A DNA stretch of 64,000 nucleotides from Klebsormidium nitens (Eukaryota > Plantae > Klebsormidiophyceae): the NCBI GenBank assembly GCA_000708835.1, contig DF237105.1, positions 106,328 through 170,327 on the forward strand, in the 5' to 3' direction. Positions 24,801-37,600 of this stretch are shown here, piece by piece (the first letter of the stretch is position 1; each line of letters starts with the position of its first letter). Made by a program: the position numbers and the translations under genes. The notes under the pieces are model-generated. The model made no database searches. It was not told where the DNA came from and worked only from the letters and a program-made list of their open reading frames with translations.

Positions 24801-27800
24801 CCCTTTCTCCGTGTTTTTTGTAGACTGCATCCAGAAATGATGGAGCACGCCCACTGACCTGAAGGCTCAACAAGTGGAGCAGCATCGCTTCCAGGGGGGT
24901 CGCCAGCCCGAGGTCGTCCTGCTGGGCCTGCCCCCCAGAGCGTGCGGCCGCCTCGAGCGCGGTAGACGGGGCGCCCGCGAGTACGTTCTCAAGGACCACG
25001 TGGGCAGCTTCTACAGCCACAAGCACCTGCTTTCGAAATGGGGGGTCGGATTTCAGGGGATCTTGGGGGAGGTTGTGGTTGAGGAATGCTTGAAGGGAGC
25101 TGTGTTTAGATGACTCTTTTCGGAAATTAAGCTCTGTCGACTCTCTGAGAGTCGTGTGTAGAGGGATTCTCCTGGTGCACGAGTCAGACAGCGAAAACTT
25201 AACCCGCTGAATTAGCACACCACGAAAAGAGTTGTTAACAGTTGGAACCAAAGGGCTTCACGAGATCTGAAACTACACTAAAGCAATAAGCCGGGACCTT
25301 TGAGTCTTTACTCAAGCCGGAAGCGATCGTGATTGGTACAAACGGGTCGTGCCCAAGAACAATCTGACCGTCATCCGAAGCATCCCCTTATCAGCACGCT
25401 CGAGCATGTACATCAACAAAGACTGGATAACCGAGGAGTAACTCAAAAAACGGACGTTCGGGCGGCAAGGACGCGACCAAGGCTTCGGTGGGAAAATTCC
25501 AAACCCCAAAACTCTAGATTCCGCAGCCTTAGAAGCCGTAATTGATTTGAAGTTCGAGAGACCGAATGATCTTCTCATTGTTGAACGGAACACCAGTACA
25601 TTGACCAGCCTATCAGATCCGTACTGAAAACCTTACCTCTTTCGGAGCGGGTCTGGGCGCTTGCGCTGCGGCGGTGGTTGCAGTCATGACCTGGCGGCAC
25701 GCGTACTCTACCGCCAACTGGGGCTGGACTCCCCCGACCAACCGTATGACGTCACTCTGCAGCAAAAGACGGGCGCAGGTCGGCCGTGGACTTCCAACAG
25801 AAGAAATCATTTCCTAGGACTGTCGTCTCTGAATCACATCACTCGTGATGACCGACGATCCAGGGCAGATGTTTCCGTAGACAAACTCTCTGCCTAAGAA
25901 ATGCTTTGAAGAAGTCCAATGCGAGTTCCCGCTGTGGCATCCCTTTTCTTTGTCTGCCTCCAAATGCTCCTTTCCTTCGACCGGCCTTTCTGGAAGACTC
26001 TGATAAGAGAGTGGTAAGTGCTTTCAACTCTCAGATACGACCAGAATATCATGTAGCCTGCTCGAAGGAAGTAGCCTTCGGAGTAACACCACGCCTGTCA
26101 GGGTCAGGACTGGAAACAGGACAATAGACGACGCCCTTTAGTCCTTCACAATCATTTTTAACGACGAAAGTTGACACTATCCGTTCTATGCGATGTACGG
26201 CAAACAAACTATTAACCGCGGTACTTACCAGCTTGCCCCGGTAGGTACCGTAGTCTCGTCCCGACTCAAACTCCGGGGGGCAGTCGCCTCCGTTGTCTTC
26301 AGAGGACCCTTCAACCCCCTCCTCCAAAATCAACCCGTGACCACTGCAGCGCCGCACCTTCTCATGCACTGCATGAGATATTTCACTGCGTCCTAATCTG
26401 GCCGTTGATTAGCGTTTCAGCCGCTTTGATATTTTTGACTATCTGCTGAGATGATTCTCGTCGCGCTTGGTGTGTCGCAGAAAGGTTCTAGAGTGGCGTA
26501 ATTATCGGTCTACAGTTCACACATCATCCGCTAAAGAAGTGTCGGCAGTTTAAGGAGCAAACAGGCGGGTTTGGAATGTCCCTTCAGCGATCGAAGTGGC
26601 TCGTGGGCTGAACAGAACCCCAGACGAACTCTCGATCTCCTCAAATGACGAGCTCTACTCTCATTGCAACCGAGTTCCCGAGACTTCAGAATCCGAAAGC
26701 CAGAGGCCTTGACGCGAACGTCCTTCAACCGTCAGAGCGGTCTATTGGTCGGTAACACACACTTACCTCCGGTCACTCCTCAAACATCACGTACAGCTCT
26801 GCAGCCCTCTGTTCCTCTCCTTGGGAGCCGCGAGACTCAAAATGTAAAAGCCGGAGTCCTTACTCGGTCGCTGACGACATCGAAATTCTGGCACTCAACA
26901 AGCTACAACAAGCTGAATACCTGAAGTCTTGGGCATCTCACCAGCTTCGAGAACTGCCGTCGTCCACTCGGGAGGCAATTGCAGACTGGGCCCCGGCTTT
27001 GGCTTCGCCTTGTCTTTGGGGGCGGCCGCGTCACGCAACAGGCTGGTGACACCTGGCAGGATAGGATTCGCCAGCGCCACCGAGGACGACAGAAAACCAA
27101 GCACCTGTTACAAGCAGGACGGAAGGACTCTTATAGGATTCTTCTGACCCTGTGCGTGAGCGTGAGGCGGAAAGCTGAGCTTCGTTATCGACGAGAGCGT
27201 TTGCACTGACGTGGAAACAGAGTACGTGTGCAAGATCTTGCGGAAGAGAAGACGCCATATGGGGCCGTTTCAAACCCTCCAAAGGATGGGCATGCTTCAA
27301 TGGTACTGCTCGTACCAGTGGTGTAACCTGGTTTTGTTTGAGATTGGAACCAGGTCAACTCTGTCAGGTCTGGATTCCAGGTCATTCTACATGTTTGTCA
27401 GTTGAATGTTCCTTTGGCGACTACTTTGATCAGGAAACAAGAGGAGAAGAACAGCCAGCGACCATATTAAGGTACGGATAATAAGATGACTGTCGTTTTC
27501 AGACCTGATCAGGTCTGAAGGCTCTGATCTATTTGACTCTCCGTCAGCAAAGGGTTCCGTGCAACTTTGATAAGTATGCGCCTGATAGAAGTTTGTCGCG
27601 GGATCAGTCAACTTATCTACCAAACGCTCAGCTCACCTGTGTGAGAAAAGCCGTGACAGCTGTCGGCCCCTGGCCCGCTACCGCGGCCGCGTTCATGCTC
27701 CCAACGGCCGCCAAACCCTCCGCAATTCGCTCTGCATAATCACGGTCTTCGTCCTGATTGTCGGAAGCCTGAGCCTGAGTCAGCGCGGAGGGAGCGGCGG

Positions 27801-30800
27801 CTACCAGAGAGGCTGCCACGTGGCCCAATGCGGCGTCGTGCTGGTCGAGGGTCTCCCGCTCTCGTTCGTCAGTTGGTCGACGCCTAAACAGGTGAGAGTA
27901 GTGTTTCATTGGAAAGTGGGGTCCGTTTGACAAGTAAAGAACTTTGTCGAGTTGGAGATTGCCGGAATCATGTAGAAGGCTAGTCGGGAATGAGGACAAC
28001 CATGTTGCTCTCAATCCGAATAGAAAAACATGGAAGCTTGCTCCTCAGGACGGACTAGGTTATTGGAACTTCATTTGAAAGTCGAGTCAACATTGTAGGA
28101 AGGCTGCATTCTCCACCTTCTGAGGACGTGTCGCCTTCAAGCGTCACACCACACTGCAAAGCAATCCCTCTGTACCTACCAGCCGTTTGATTCAAGCGAA
28201 TCCATAAAAGCCAGGCACCCCAATCTCAACCTCCCCCAAACGATCACCCACCTTCCCCCAACGCGCTTCAGGAACTCCGTGGCCGCCTGCTTTCACCTCT
28301 TAAACGACACTCTAAAAGCACTTCCATCAGACAACCAGCCGCCAAATTCCTCATAAGCATTAACCGCAAGGGATCCCCCACCTTCCCGCGACGTGCTTCA
28401 GAAACTCCGCCGCCCCATCCCGGAACTCCCGCGCCTGAAGCAGCGCCCCGGCCGCCTCAATCAGCCGGCTCGACTCCAGACCAACCACCGGGGCCCAGTC
28501 CGAGTACGCGTCCGCGGCCGCGAGTGCGGCGGTAACGACTGCTGCATGCGGGCGCGCCTCTAGTTGCCGGCCCGACTGGACTGCGGCCATTGCCGCGCCA
28601 CAGTGGACGGAGGCGAGGTTGTAGAGGAGCGGTAGGATGGTGCTCAGATTGGAAGTGAGGCCGCCGAGAAGGGCGCGGCGGGCGGGGGCTGTGAAACAAC
28701 AACAGGAAGAAATGTAAGTGAACAAAGGGATTCGTGGACTCACAAATCAGCGCCCAGAAGCGCTGACTGACATTTGTAACTGGCCAGGCTTGTTCGCTTG
28801 ACCTCTCCAGTGATCGCTTCACATCGAACAGGGCCGTGGCAAACAAACTGGGGACAAGCCCAGCATTCGCAAAGCTGCCATTCCATGCAGATTAATCATG
28901 ACGTGGTAGATTTTGAGAAGGCTCGATAGGACCAAAGTTGTCTGAAATACTTTCAACGAGAACGGGTCAGTCTTTATCCACTGCTAGGATAAAGGTGTTC
29001 AACCTCGAATCACATGTCCTACCACACTCGTACATCAACGACTCTCATTGTGCTCGCAGAGACGTCGTCACGCACCATCAAGATCTTCGTTGTGCACCGT
29101 AACGTCTTCCGGGAGCCACCGCAGGAGCATTGCGACCGTCTCCGCTTGCACCGGACCCTGCTGCGCCATTTCTCTCAAAGGGGGAAGGACTTCTTCTAAC
29201 AATTTCGGCCCTTCTTGACGGATGACTTCAGCAACTAGAGCGGCCGCTCGGCTCTTTATGGCCCAGGGCTCCCCCTCCCCTCCGCTTGTGGCGAGCAGTT
29301 GCAGGAAGAGGTTTGCGAGGGGGTTCCGCTCGGCGGGGGGGACGTCGGACCAACGGGAGTGTGCCACGTGCTGAATAAGCAGGGGAGTCAAATCCGTTTG
29401 CACCAGATTGCTACACCAAATCAAGCTTTTCTGTGTTACGAGTTTCGCTTCCTCTCTAAACATCTTTTCTAATCTTTTCCTACTACATATGTAACTTTCT
29501 TCCTATGGGGACGCTGTGTCTGCGGATAACGAAGTTCTGAAAAGGAAGTAGGAAATGCGTATCAAAGATGGAAAACGACGGCAAGTCCATGGCGGACTGG
29601 TTTATGGAAAGAGAGACAAACATCCTTCCAGACAGGAAAGAATCACATGGTAAGCTGAATTCTCCTACAAGAAGAAATAATGACTTTCGAAACCAATTCA
29701 GCACGGGGGTGACAATTCATACTTACGGAAGACCAGTAGGGAAAGCCAGTTACCTTAGAGCAAGAATACAGGCTCCGATAGGTGGTCACACGTGGTGCTA
29801 TGACAAGCTGCCTGATACAAGAGACCTCATACGCGACCGAAACGCAACTTCCTGTTTCTTCCCTGTAAGATGTAGGGGCCAATCTTCTTTGACTGAAATA
29901 GATCCACTGCTTCGAGGTATACACCCCTTACAGAATTGTGGATTTCTACAGCGCAACCATTCATGTATTCTATTGAAGGAAACTCTCCTCTTCAAGCATG
30001 AAAATCCATATGACAAGATAGAGGGCACCTACCTGCAGGAGCGAGAAGGCATAGTGGCGGACCTCCAGGGGCTGGGACGCTTGTACCAGGAACAAGGCAG
30101 CGTTGGTCACACTGTGAACCTCGCCCAGTTTCACCTGACCAATAGAATTGTGGCAGAAACATCAAGATACAGTGTAATTTAGTCTGCTTAAAGTTTGTCG
30201 CATTGTTCATTGGCACTGGAGAAAGCGATAGCCACTAAATGTTGTCTGCTTCTTTACAAGTCAGTCCTCTGGAAGGTACTGATGAGCAGTGCAGGGGAAC
30301 GCTGCCTGGTCACATTAATGGGGAATCCTTTGATCTGTTTGTCGAGCAACTCTCATTCAGGCATGAATAAACTTCCAGATGACAGCATGCTTCAAGCTCA
30401 GCCTCTGCTTCCTTGTCTCTGACTGACAATGGTCTAGGATGATGCAGTTCACACTCGCTTTTGGACAGAGCTAATTTCCAAAGGAACCAGTAAACCCCAT
30501 TGACTACTTCGACAAGAGCAATCAGCAACTCTGTAAACGGCAAACAGCAATGTTGCGCTCTGCCTTGTAGCCAATGTTGACTGAACAGACAGAAAGTACT
30601 GGTGGTGGTACTCGCAATGCCAAGTTTGCTGGGGAGCAGAATGGATGGAATTATCTGAGAGATTCAGTGTCACCTTGATGTCAACGTGGCGCCAGAAATG
30701 TGCTCAACGACTGCCTACAAGCATCCAGTGTCGGCTTTCAATGGGAAACTCTACAAGCGTCATTACTCAGATAATCCAGGACACCCACAGTAGACGCACT

Positions 30801-30968
30801 ACAACAGCTGCAATGCTAACGGCGCCACAATTGGTACATCAGAACACATACCTGTTCCAAGAAGTCTGAGGCCGCCTTCCGCTTGTCCTTGCCCGCTCCC
30901 GTCACATCCAAGGCCACCTGTAGTGCCTGAAGAATGCTTGTCGCCTCCTGGCCGCCGACAGCCGCCAT
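12852..30968 (-). CDS. HST: HASTY / exportin-5 orthologue (importin-beta family), ~19+ exons over 18 kb
   Basis: Exons match the plant HASTY order: 30852-30968 MAAVGGQEATSILQALQVALD..AASDFLEQ; 30033-30134 VKLGEVHSV..EVRHYAFSLLQ; 29076-29370 AIKSRAAALVAEVIRQEG..MLLRWLPEDVTVHNEDLD; 28382-28688; 27637-27883; then EFESGRDYGTYRGKL, SARLL|VCTSILRVAR, WIYHAISLFEKALRRS, HPMGQHLGWIVPPLL, NWLKGVREAGY..MEIRHLR, EEILLDKMVRDLSR, QALTWPDTEAAQK, LALESNA..AVRQ; 13550-13733 EFEAAVGATSSVKEQR..QKAGNVITN; last exon 12852-12949 ending IGLALFQ*. Confidence 0.92.
14400..15395 (-). repeat. Intronic tandem array of acceptor + exon-start copies (live exon plus 6 echoes)
   Basis: The CAG|GTCGCCCC junction or a mutated form sits at + coordinates ~14481 (live), 14617, 14767, 14914, 15063, 15213 and ~15388. 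Confidence 0.9.
15650..15722. repeat. Degenerate 7-bp microsatellite (CTGAATA/CTGAATG)n in HASTY intron
   Basis: ACTGAATACTGAATGCTGATTGCTGAATGCTGAATGCTAAATACTGACTACTGAGTTCTGAATACTGAATACTGAC. Confidence 0.85.
16620..16880 (-). repeat. Single echo of the acceptor and 5' part of the HASTY exon VSPIVSHC
   Basis: Live acceptor at 16710-16712 and copy at 16876-16878 (166 bp apart). The copy translates VSPNGSYCPLSGCEMWLAPSVPPVL versus live VSPIVSHCPPPQWEAWLAPLVPPVL. Confidence 0.85.
17761..18314. other. Assembly gap (N run) inside HASTY
   Basis: N bases; flanked by HASTY coding sequence AALRLGPLEI and SHKGISPPEEEQVPRNW. Confidence 1.
19300..20135 (-). repeat. Intronic tandem array of exon-end + donor copies (live exon plus 5 echoes)
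   Basis: Junction anchor at 20054 (live), 19902, 19751, 19595, 19449 and 19315; periods 152, 151, 156, 146, 134. Confidence 0.9.
21220..22610 (-). repeat. Intronic array of acceptor + exon-start copies of HASTY exon VCTSILRV, interrupted by a gap
   Basis: GACGAG anchor at 21271 (live), 21490, [gap], 22174, 22364 and 22555; ~190-bp period. Confidence 0.9.
21497..22166. other. Assembly gap (N run) inside echo array
   Basis: N bases; both flanks are the same repeat unit. Confidence 1.
23880..24415 (-). repeat. Echo copies flanking the HASTY exon VSAAGLVHLQG
   Basis: Upstream copy 24358-24413 (TAG|GTGTTAGCAGCTGGTTTATGTGCATCTGCAAGGCCCGCTCTTTGACGCGTGTG), 177 bp from the live acceptor. A more decayed downstream copy lies near 23880-23950. 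Confidence 0.75.
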
Positions 30969-31677
30969 CACAACCGCACAACTTTAAGCAGCACCTTCAA
31001 GCAGCAACTGAAACAGTCCACTCAATGTTGATTGAATCAGAAGGGCCCCTCTCAAAGCGTTGATCTCCAAACTGGCGTCTTGCATGTCCCCGTTGCACCA
31101 CCATGTGCACCTTTTCTAGGTTTTCACAGCATGAAAAACATTCGGTAGCGTGCGCGCGCGTGCTCGTTTTACTAGTTAGGGTTAGCCGTCGACGATCGGA
31201 GCGGAACGGAACGGAACGGACTGCGCGATCGGGTTTACCTAATAGGATTCTCAAATTTAGGGTTTGGAGGGCTTCCATTCACCCGCCAAAACGTTCAAAT
31301 TCAACTCGAGAGTCCAAGTCAGTGGCAAGTGCTCTGAATTTGATCTGGAGGTCTGGCTGCGGTCTTTAGCTTTTGAAGGCTGAAGTGACGTTGCAATGAT
31401 GCGCGCTCCTCCTGATACCGTACATACACCCTCCAGCTGCTGCCTGCAGCTCTAGCGCAGTAGAGGATCTGGGCACACCAGACGGCTGCTCTTTAGACTA
31501 GAGGGACGTAATTATCCGCCGATATGGTCTAAAAAGGCGGTTTGGGCCGTTGGGCCAAAGAGAGTCTTCTCCGCAGTTTACCGCTGGTCCAGCACTTCCA
31601 AAGAGAGATTGAAATGGACCTGTAAGACAAACTTAAAGTCATTGGCTGCTCAAGTGTTTCTCATCGCTAGTTAGACA
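30969..31677. promoter_or_regulatory. Probable bidirectional promoter with telo-box and site II motifs
   Basis: 709 bp between divergent ATGs (30968 and 31678). TTAGGGTT at 31176, TTTAGGGTTT at 31256, TGGGCC at 31543 and 31551. Confidence 0.55.
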
Positions 31678-34600
31678 ATGGACAGCGAGAGGGAAGCCCC
31701 GTCCGAAAGGGTCCTCAGCCAGGTGTCAGAAAACGTGCCGATGGGGAACGCAGACTGCGCGAGCTCCGCAGACTGGAACGCTGCCTTGTTCACGCCCGTA
31801 AAGCTGCCCACTAGTGCGGTGACTTGCGCTGAAACTACGCCTGTCAGGGAGATGGAGGCGTTTGTGGAAAGCCAAGTGCGGGCCCTAGGGCCCATGCGGG
31901 CGAGCTTGGACGGCAACGCCGAGGAGGAAGCACGCAAAATGGTGAGTTTGTCTGGGTAATGCCCTTTGGTTTCGAGGTCTGAACAGGCCATGTTGAAGGA
32001 GGTACATGCCTTACCACTTGGTTTAAACAAGAGACACGGCCACAGAGATCGCATGGGTTGAAACGTGTAGTCTTTTGCTTTTGGGGCAGCATGTAAGTTG
32101 CACTAAAAAAATGGCCCCCACAAAAAGATAAAGGACTGGAACTTGGCATAAAATGTTTGGCATGAAACTCTTAAGGCTTGCCTCTCCAACCCCTCAAGGA
32201 AGTGGATAAGGGATCTCTACGTTTGAAAGAGAGATCTGTGTCTCTCTTTTACCCTACTCACTGGGCCCAGTGAATGCCACCTGTCAGCTTTTCTATAAAA
32301 ATCAGCCTTACTTGGCCCGTTGGCGCCACCTGTCAAGTGGTGCATTCCCAGTTGATGATGAGCGAAGGCCCCAGAAGATCCATCGCGCTCCCTTGTCTGC
32401 AGACCGAAGATTTGACATCAGAAGATGGGCACGCGGCGGCACACGAACGGCTGGCGAAGTTACTGCATGCTGAGAAAGAGAACGCAGTTCTGCGGCAGCA
32501 TATTGAGAGCTTAAAGGTAATCTGGGTCACGCATCTCTGTTTCGCGATTGTCCAGTCAATCTAGACATGATGGTTAAGCCCCAAACAGACTCAAGTGAGA
32601 AGGCCACTTGCTCTGCCGTAATATGGTGGACAACTGTCTTGCTTACTTTCAGACAGGTTGAAAATGAGACACCGTGTCACTGGGGCTCTGACTATGTTTC
32701 AGAGTCTCGAGTCACAGATGCCCTCATCTTGCATTAGCCGGTGAAAAGTTCTGCGGCGTTACCCAGTCGTGGCGCGCAATCTCATCTGGCCCTCAGGAGA
32801 CAGGGGCACTTTTCAATGCGTGTTTGCTTCAAAGGTTAAGGTAACAGAATCATCGATCTCCGGAAGGACTTCTTCTGTTTGTCAATCCGCTTATCTCTTC
32901 AAAACAAGGGTCGTGACAACAAGCTGGAAAGCGGCTTGCATCTCCCCAGGTATCCCATCCCCACCAGTACCCATGACAAGAGAACTGATTCCACCTCCCC
33001 TAACAAAGGCTTCTGACCTCTCCCCCCAGGACAAAGAACTCGATCTCGCACTGGAGAGCGGCAAAGAGGAGCTTCGCCGGCAGGAGCAAATGCAGGCCCA
33101 ACATCGGACCGCGATGGCCGCCGCCGCGCGCGAGATCGAGCACCTGCGAACGGAGTGCATGAAGCTGGGGGGTGTTCTGGAGAGCCGGCAAGCGGAGGAC
33201 GTTGCGCGGGAGGAGACGGAACAGGAGCTGCTGGAGCTGCTGGCGATCGTGCAGGTAACCCAGCGGGTTAAAAAAGCTGACCCACCAGCTCGAAGTGACC
33301 TCACAGGTTTGTGCCCGCCAGGTAGTATTGTTCTTGGCAGCGGAACAAATGTTCGCTTTTTCAAGGGGCACCTCCAAGGATGACAATGGAGCAAATTGGT
33401 GACCCTTTGTGGCTGAATCGAGATACACGCGACGCTAACTTTCTCGTATGTAGTGCTGAGGAAGGTGAGATCTGTTGATCTCCCACAGTACATTGAAGCT
33501 GGATATTTGATCATTTGCATCAACAGCCCGCAGCATGGCTGATAAGGGCGTCTGGCTTGCAGGAAAATGTACAGCTGTCAAAGCAAGTCCAAGCCGAGGT
33601 GCAGCGGGCGGGGTTTGACGTTGAAGGGGGCGGGCTGTCCGTAGGGCCGGGAAAAGATCAGGGCCCCGAGGATGCAGACGCTGAGTTTGTTTTCACGGAA
33701 AGCAGGGACGGACTAGGGCCAACAAACTCTGCGGGAAGCGATGCTCCTGAGAAAGCAACAGATCCTTTTGCCAGGACTAATCGGCTGACAAAACAACGGC
33801 CGAGGCCAAAGAGCGCAGGGGCAGTAAGTGAGTCTCACTGGAGCAAAGGGACGGTGGTATTTACACCGGCACTGGAAAGAGCAGGCTCCGGAGGTCTGGG
33901 GGTGGGGGGTATGCTTACGAGCAGTGCGGAGGGTATGGTGAGGGATCCCCCTGGAAAGAAGGGGCATGGCCGGCTGACTGCGAGGATCCGGGAGTTGGAG
34001 GCGCAGCTGGAGGAGGCACTTGCAGCGCAACAGGTAAGATTCGTCTAGGATTCTGCTCTGAATCACAACTCTGTTCTTTTAATTTCTTTTTTACACGCAG
34101 AGAGGATGAGGTCCGTCTGTGCTTCAGGTTCAATGCTGTTCGTCCTGTCTTCCTCCGAGAGCATGGGGGCTTCTTCTAGGAGCCCTCGAATATCTGGTGG
34201 CACATGTTTGACGCTAGAAACCAAAACGTTTCTCAAAATAGTCAATCGCCCACGCCCCTGTCCTGTGCGTCTCTCCTACAAGCAAAGAGCCCAGCTCCTT
34301 GAAGCTTGCTGTACACGTTTCTCTCCCTGTGCCTTCTACTTTTTTGCGCAGTTGAGGGAAAAGGATTCCGATTACATGTGGAACGCCCCACTTTTGTCTT
34401 TTTTGGCAACTTCAAAGTTTGACGTAATTTTCATCCCCTTTCCGACACATATTGTCGGTTCCCCTTTCCTCGAGTCCACAGAGGAGATGCGAGCTGCTCT
34501 TGGTCGTCTCCCTACTTCTCGAGCAGATATGAGCCCGGATCCTGAACATATAGGAAGGCTTATAATCTAGGCTTTTGTTTTTCCTCTTCCGCAGGTGTCT

Positions 34601-37600
34601 GCGAATCTCTCAACCCCCGAGCCCACCGAAGAGATGCGCGAGCTGCTCTTGGTCGTCTCCCAAGTCGAGCGAATGGAGCGCCACATCGAAGCACAATCTG
34701 GATTCAGCAAGAAGCCAAAATTCGACTTTCTCTTCCCGACAGGTGTCGGCGTCTCTTGCTGCCCCAGAGCCAACAGAGGAGATGCGCGAGCTGCTCTTGG
34801 TCGTCCCCCAAGTTGAGAAAATGAGGCAACACATTGAGTTACCAGACTCTGGATTAGCATCAAAGACCCAGAAGTTTGACAATGTCAAATCTCTCACCGA
34901 CAGGTGTCGTCGGCTCCGGAACCCACGGAAGAGATGCGCGAGCTGCTCTTGGTCGTCTCCCAAGTCGAGCGAATGGAGCGCCACATCGACGATCTCACCA
35001 AAGAGAACCACCGGCTGCGGGCGGCAGCAGCGCAGCCGAGCCCGCGCAGCCACCTGGACATCGGTGTGACTTCCCCCCTGAGCGACGCGGAGCCAGGGGT
35101 GAACTCGCCCTCGAGCGACGAGGAACGGGGTGTGAATGCGCCCAACTTTAGGGATGGGGGGTTCGGTACCTCCCTAAGCGATCCGGAGCCCGGTGTGAAA
35201 ACGCTCTTTCGGCAGGGAGGGAACCGTGTGAAGGCCTCCCACGAGCAGGGTGTGAATGCGGACTCCAAGGAGGAAGAGGCTCTTCGGGAGTTGAGGGAGA
35301 AGGTCGAAACGCTCGAGACCAAGCTAAGTAACTCGGTGCAAGCCCTTGCTGAGAAAGAGGGGGCCCTCTCTCAAAGCGCAGCGGCGCTTGCTGCCTCAGA
35401 AGAGGAGAAGGCCCGCCTCCGTAGAAAGCTGGAGGTGCTAGAAATGGAGCTGGGCGCGACGCATAGCTTATTGGAGGAGAGCGAGGCGGGGCGGCAGAGC
35501 GTTCTGGAGGGGCGTGACGAGGGGACGGGTGACGTCATGCTGATGGCACAACTAGAGGCGGCGATCCAGGAGGCGGATGGGCTAAGGGGACAGCTGGCAG
35601 ATGCGCTCGGGGAATTGGCGGGGGCTCAGGAGCGGGAAGAAGTCGCGGCGCAAGAGACGGAGAGATTGAGGGGTGCGATGCGGGACCTAGAGGCGCGAGA
35701 CAGAGAGAGGGCGAAGAATTCGGTGCGAGAAACGGAGAGGATGACAGCGGGACTTGAGGGAGAGGTCGAGAAGTGGGCATTGAGGATGGAAGAAGAGAAG
35801 GAGCGGTTGAAATCTCAGATGCGGGAGGATGTCGAAAAGCGGACGGTGGAATTGGAGAGAGAGATGGAGCGGCTAAGAAAGGCGATTGAACGGGTAGAAG
35901 AGGAGGAGGGCTCTAAACAAGAGGCGGAAAAGTGGGCGACTGCAACGGAAGGGTTGAGGGGGGAACTAGAACGGGCAGAAAAGGCAAGGGAGGCTGTTCT
36001 AGAAGAGGCAGAAAACCTGAGGGGCGAGTTGGGAAAAGAAAGGCAGGGAGTTGACATGCAAAGGGAGAGGGCTACGGGGCTCGAAGTTGACCTTGAAAGA
36101 GTGACAACTGACCTTCGAGTGCTGGTGGAAGAGAGGGAGAACGAGCGCAGCGAGTGGGAGGAGGGGCTCAGCGCTTGTGTGCGGGCGGCAGAAGCGCAAG
36201 CGGAGGTGCTGACGTCAGAGATGAAGGAGGTGAAACGGGACTTGGAAAAGACGGTCGAGTCTTTGGTGTCGGCGACTGCCCAGCTGGCTTCTGAGCGGAA
36301 AGCGGTGGCTGACCAATCGGAATCACGTGAAAAGGCGGAAGCAGAAGTGGAGAAGCTGCAAAAGGAACTGGGTTTGGCCGCTAACCGGGAGGTCGGTTTA
36401 ATGAACCAGCTGGCGGAGTGTGAAAAGGCCCTTGCGGAGTGTGAAAGAGCGCTCGCGATCGCAGAGGAAGAGACGGTGCGCTTCCGGGAAGACCTTGCGG
36501 GAGCTGCCGACCGAGCGATCCGGCTGTCCGAGCAGGTGGGCGCAACGGAATCCGCTCGAGAACGGGCGGAAACGGAACTGAAACGTCTGCGAGTGGACCT
36601 GGCAGAGGCGAGAAAAGTTGGGGGGCAGATGGCTGGAACGAAAGAGGCCCTCTTTTTGGCAGAGGCCGCGCTGAGCGCTGCTGAGGAAAGGGCGAGGGGC
36701 GCAGAAGAGGAGGCGAACAGGGCCTCGGCGGAGCTGGAGGCGGTGAGGGAGGAACTAGAGCGGGCGAGGAAAAAAGTTGGCGGGGAGCAGCAGCGGCTGG
36801 AGGCTAGGCTGGAGAAGGTATGGATGCTGTGCCGTTTGGATTCGCGCCAGTGTCTACCCTTTCATAATGCTGTTGATGTCAAATATGCAATTAGTCTTTT
36901 CAATCAGTGCGTTGCTTGCGCTGAAGCAGTCTGATATGCCTTTGTAAAAGATGGGAGAGGTAGCGCCTTCGGGTATGCAGGTTCGAGAACAACTTAGAGT
37001 GTCCTAACAGCATCAATCCCTTGGTGACTTGCTACTTTTCCGCTGCGCTACGAAGCCGCTCTTCAATCATCGAACTTGGAATGTCAGTGCTTGAGTCAGG
37101 ATTCGACGTCGACGATTCGGTCCAGATTCGCCCAAGATCTCTCAGCATATATATACCTTCTCAACTACTGTCGCTCTGTCTTTCGGAAAATGCAGGGTTA
37201 GCTCGACCGTCTTTCATCCCTTTCAACCCAACCTTCGTCAGAGACCATCTTCAACCCGTTTCCTGGACCCCCTTCACAACTGCTTTCTAGGCATGTACAA
37301 TCGGCAGGAGCAGAAGACCGTCATTTAAATACAGCAACCGTTCACTGCACCCTTACTCCGTTACCCGTTACCCCTTTCCTTTTCTTTAACCCTTGACCCT
37401 CCTCCCCAACCCTTTCTGTAAACCATTTTTCATAACCCTGCTTTTCAGGCGCGAGCCGAGTGGCAGGAGGAGCTTGACCGCCTCCTAACCGCCACGGAGC
37501 AGCGCTACTCGGAAGGCCTGGAGTCCGCCCTGGCAGGCGCCAAACTAGAGTGGGAACAAAACACGGAGCTGCTGGTAACGGAGACCCGCCGAGAGTGCGG

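Noticed and set aside
29568-30182. 204-aa plus-strand ORF
   Set aside because: Antisense to HASTY intron and exon 2; no motif or splice support.
37370-37445. AACCCT-like degenerate repeats before an acceptor
   Set aside because: Low-complexity pyrimidine tract; too degenerate to call an element.
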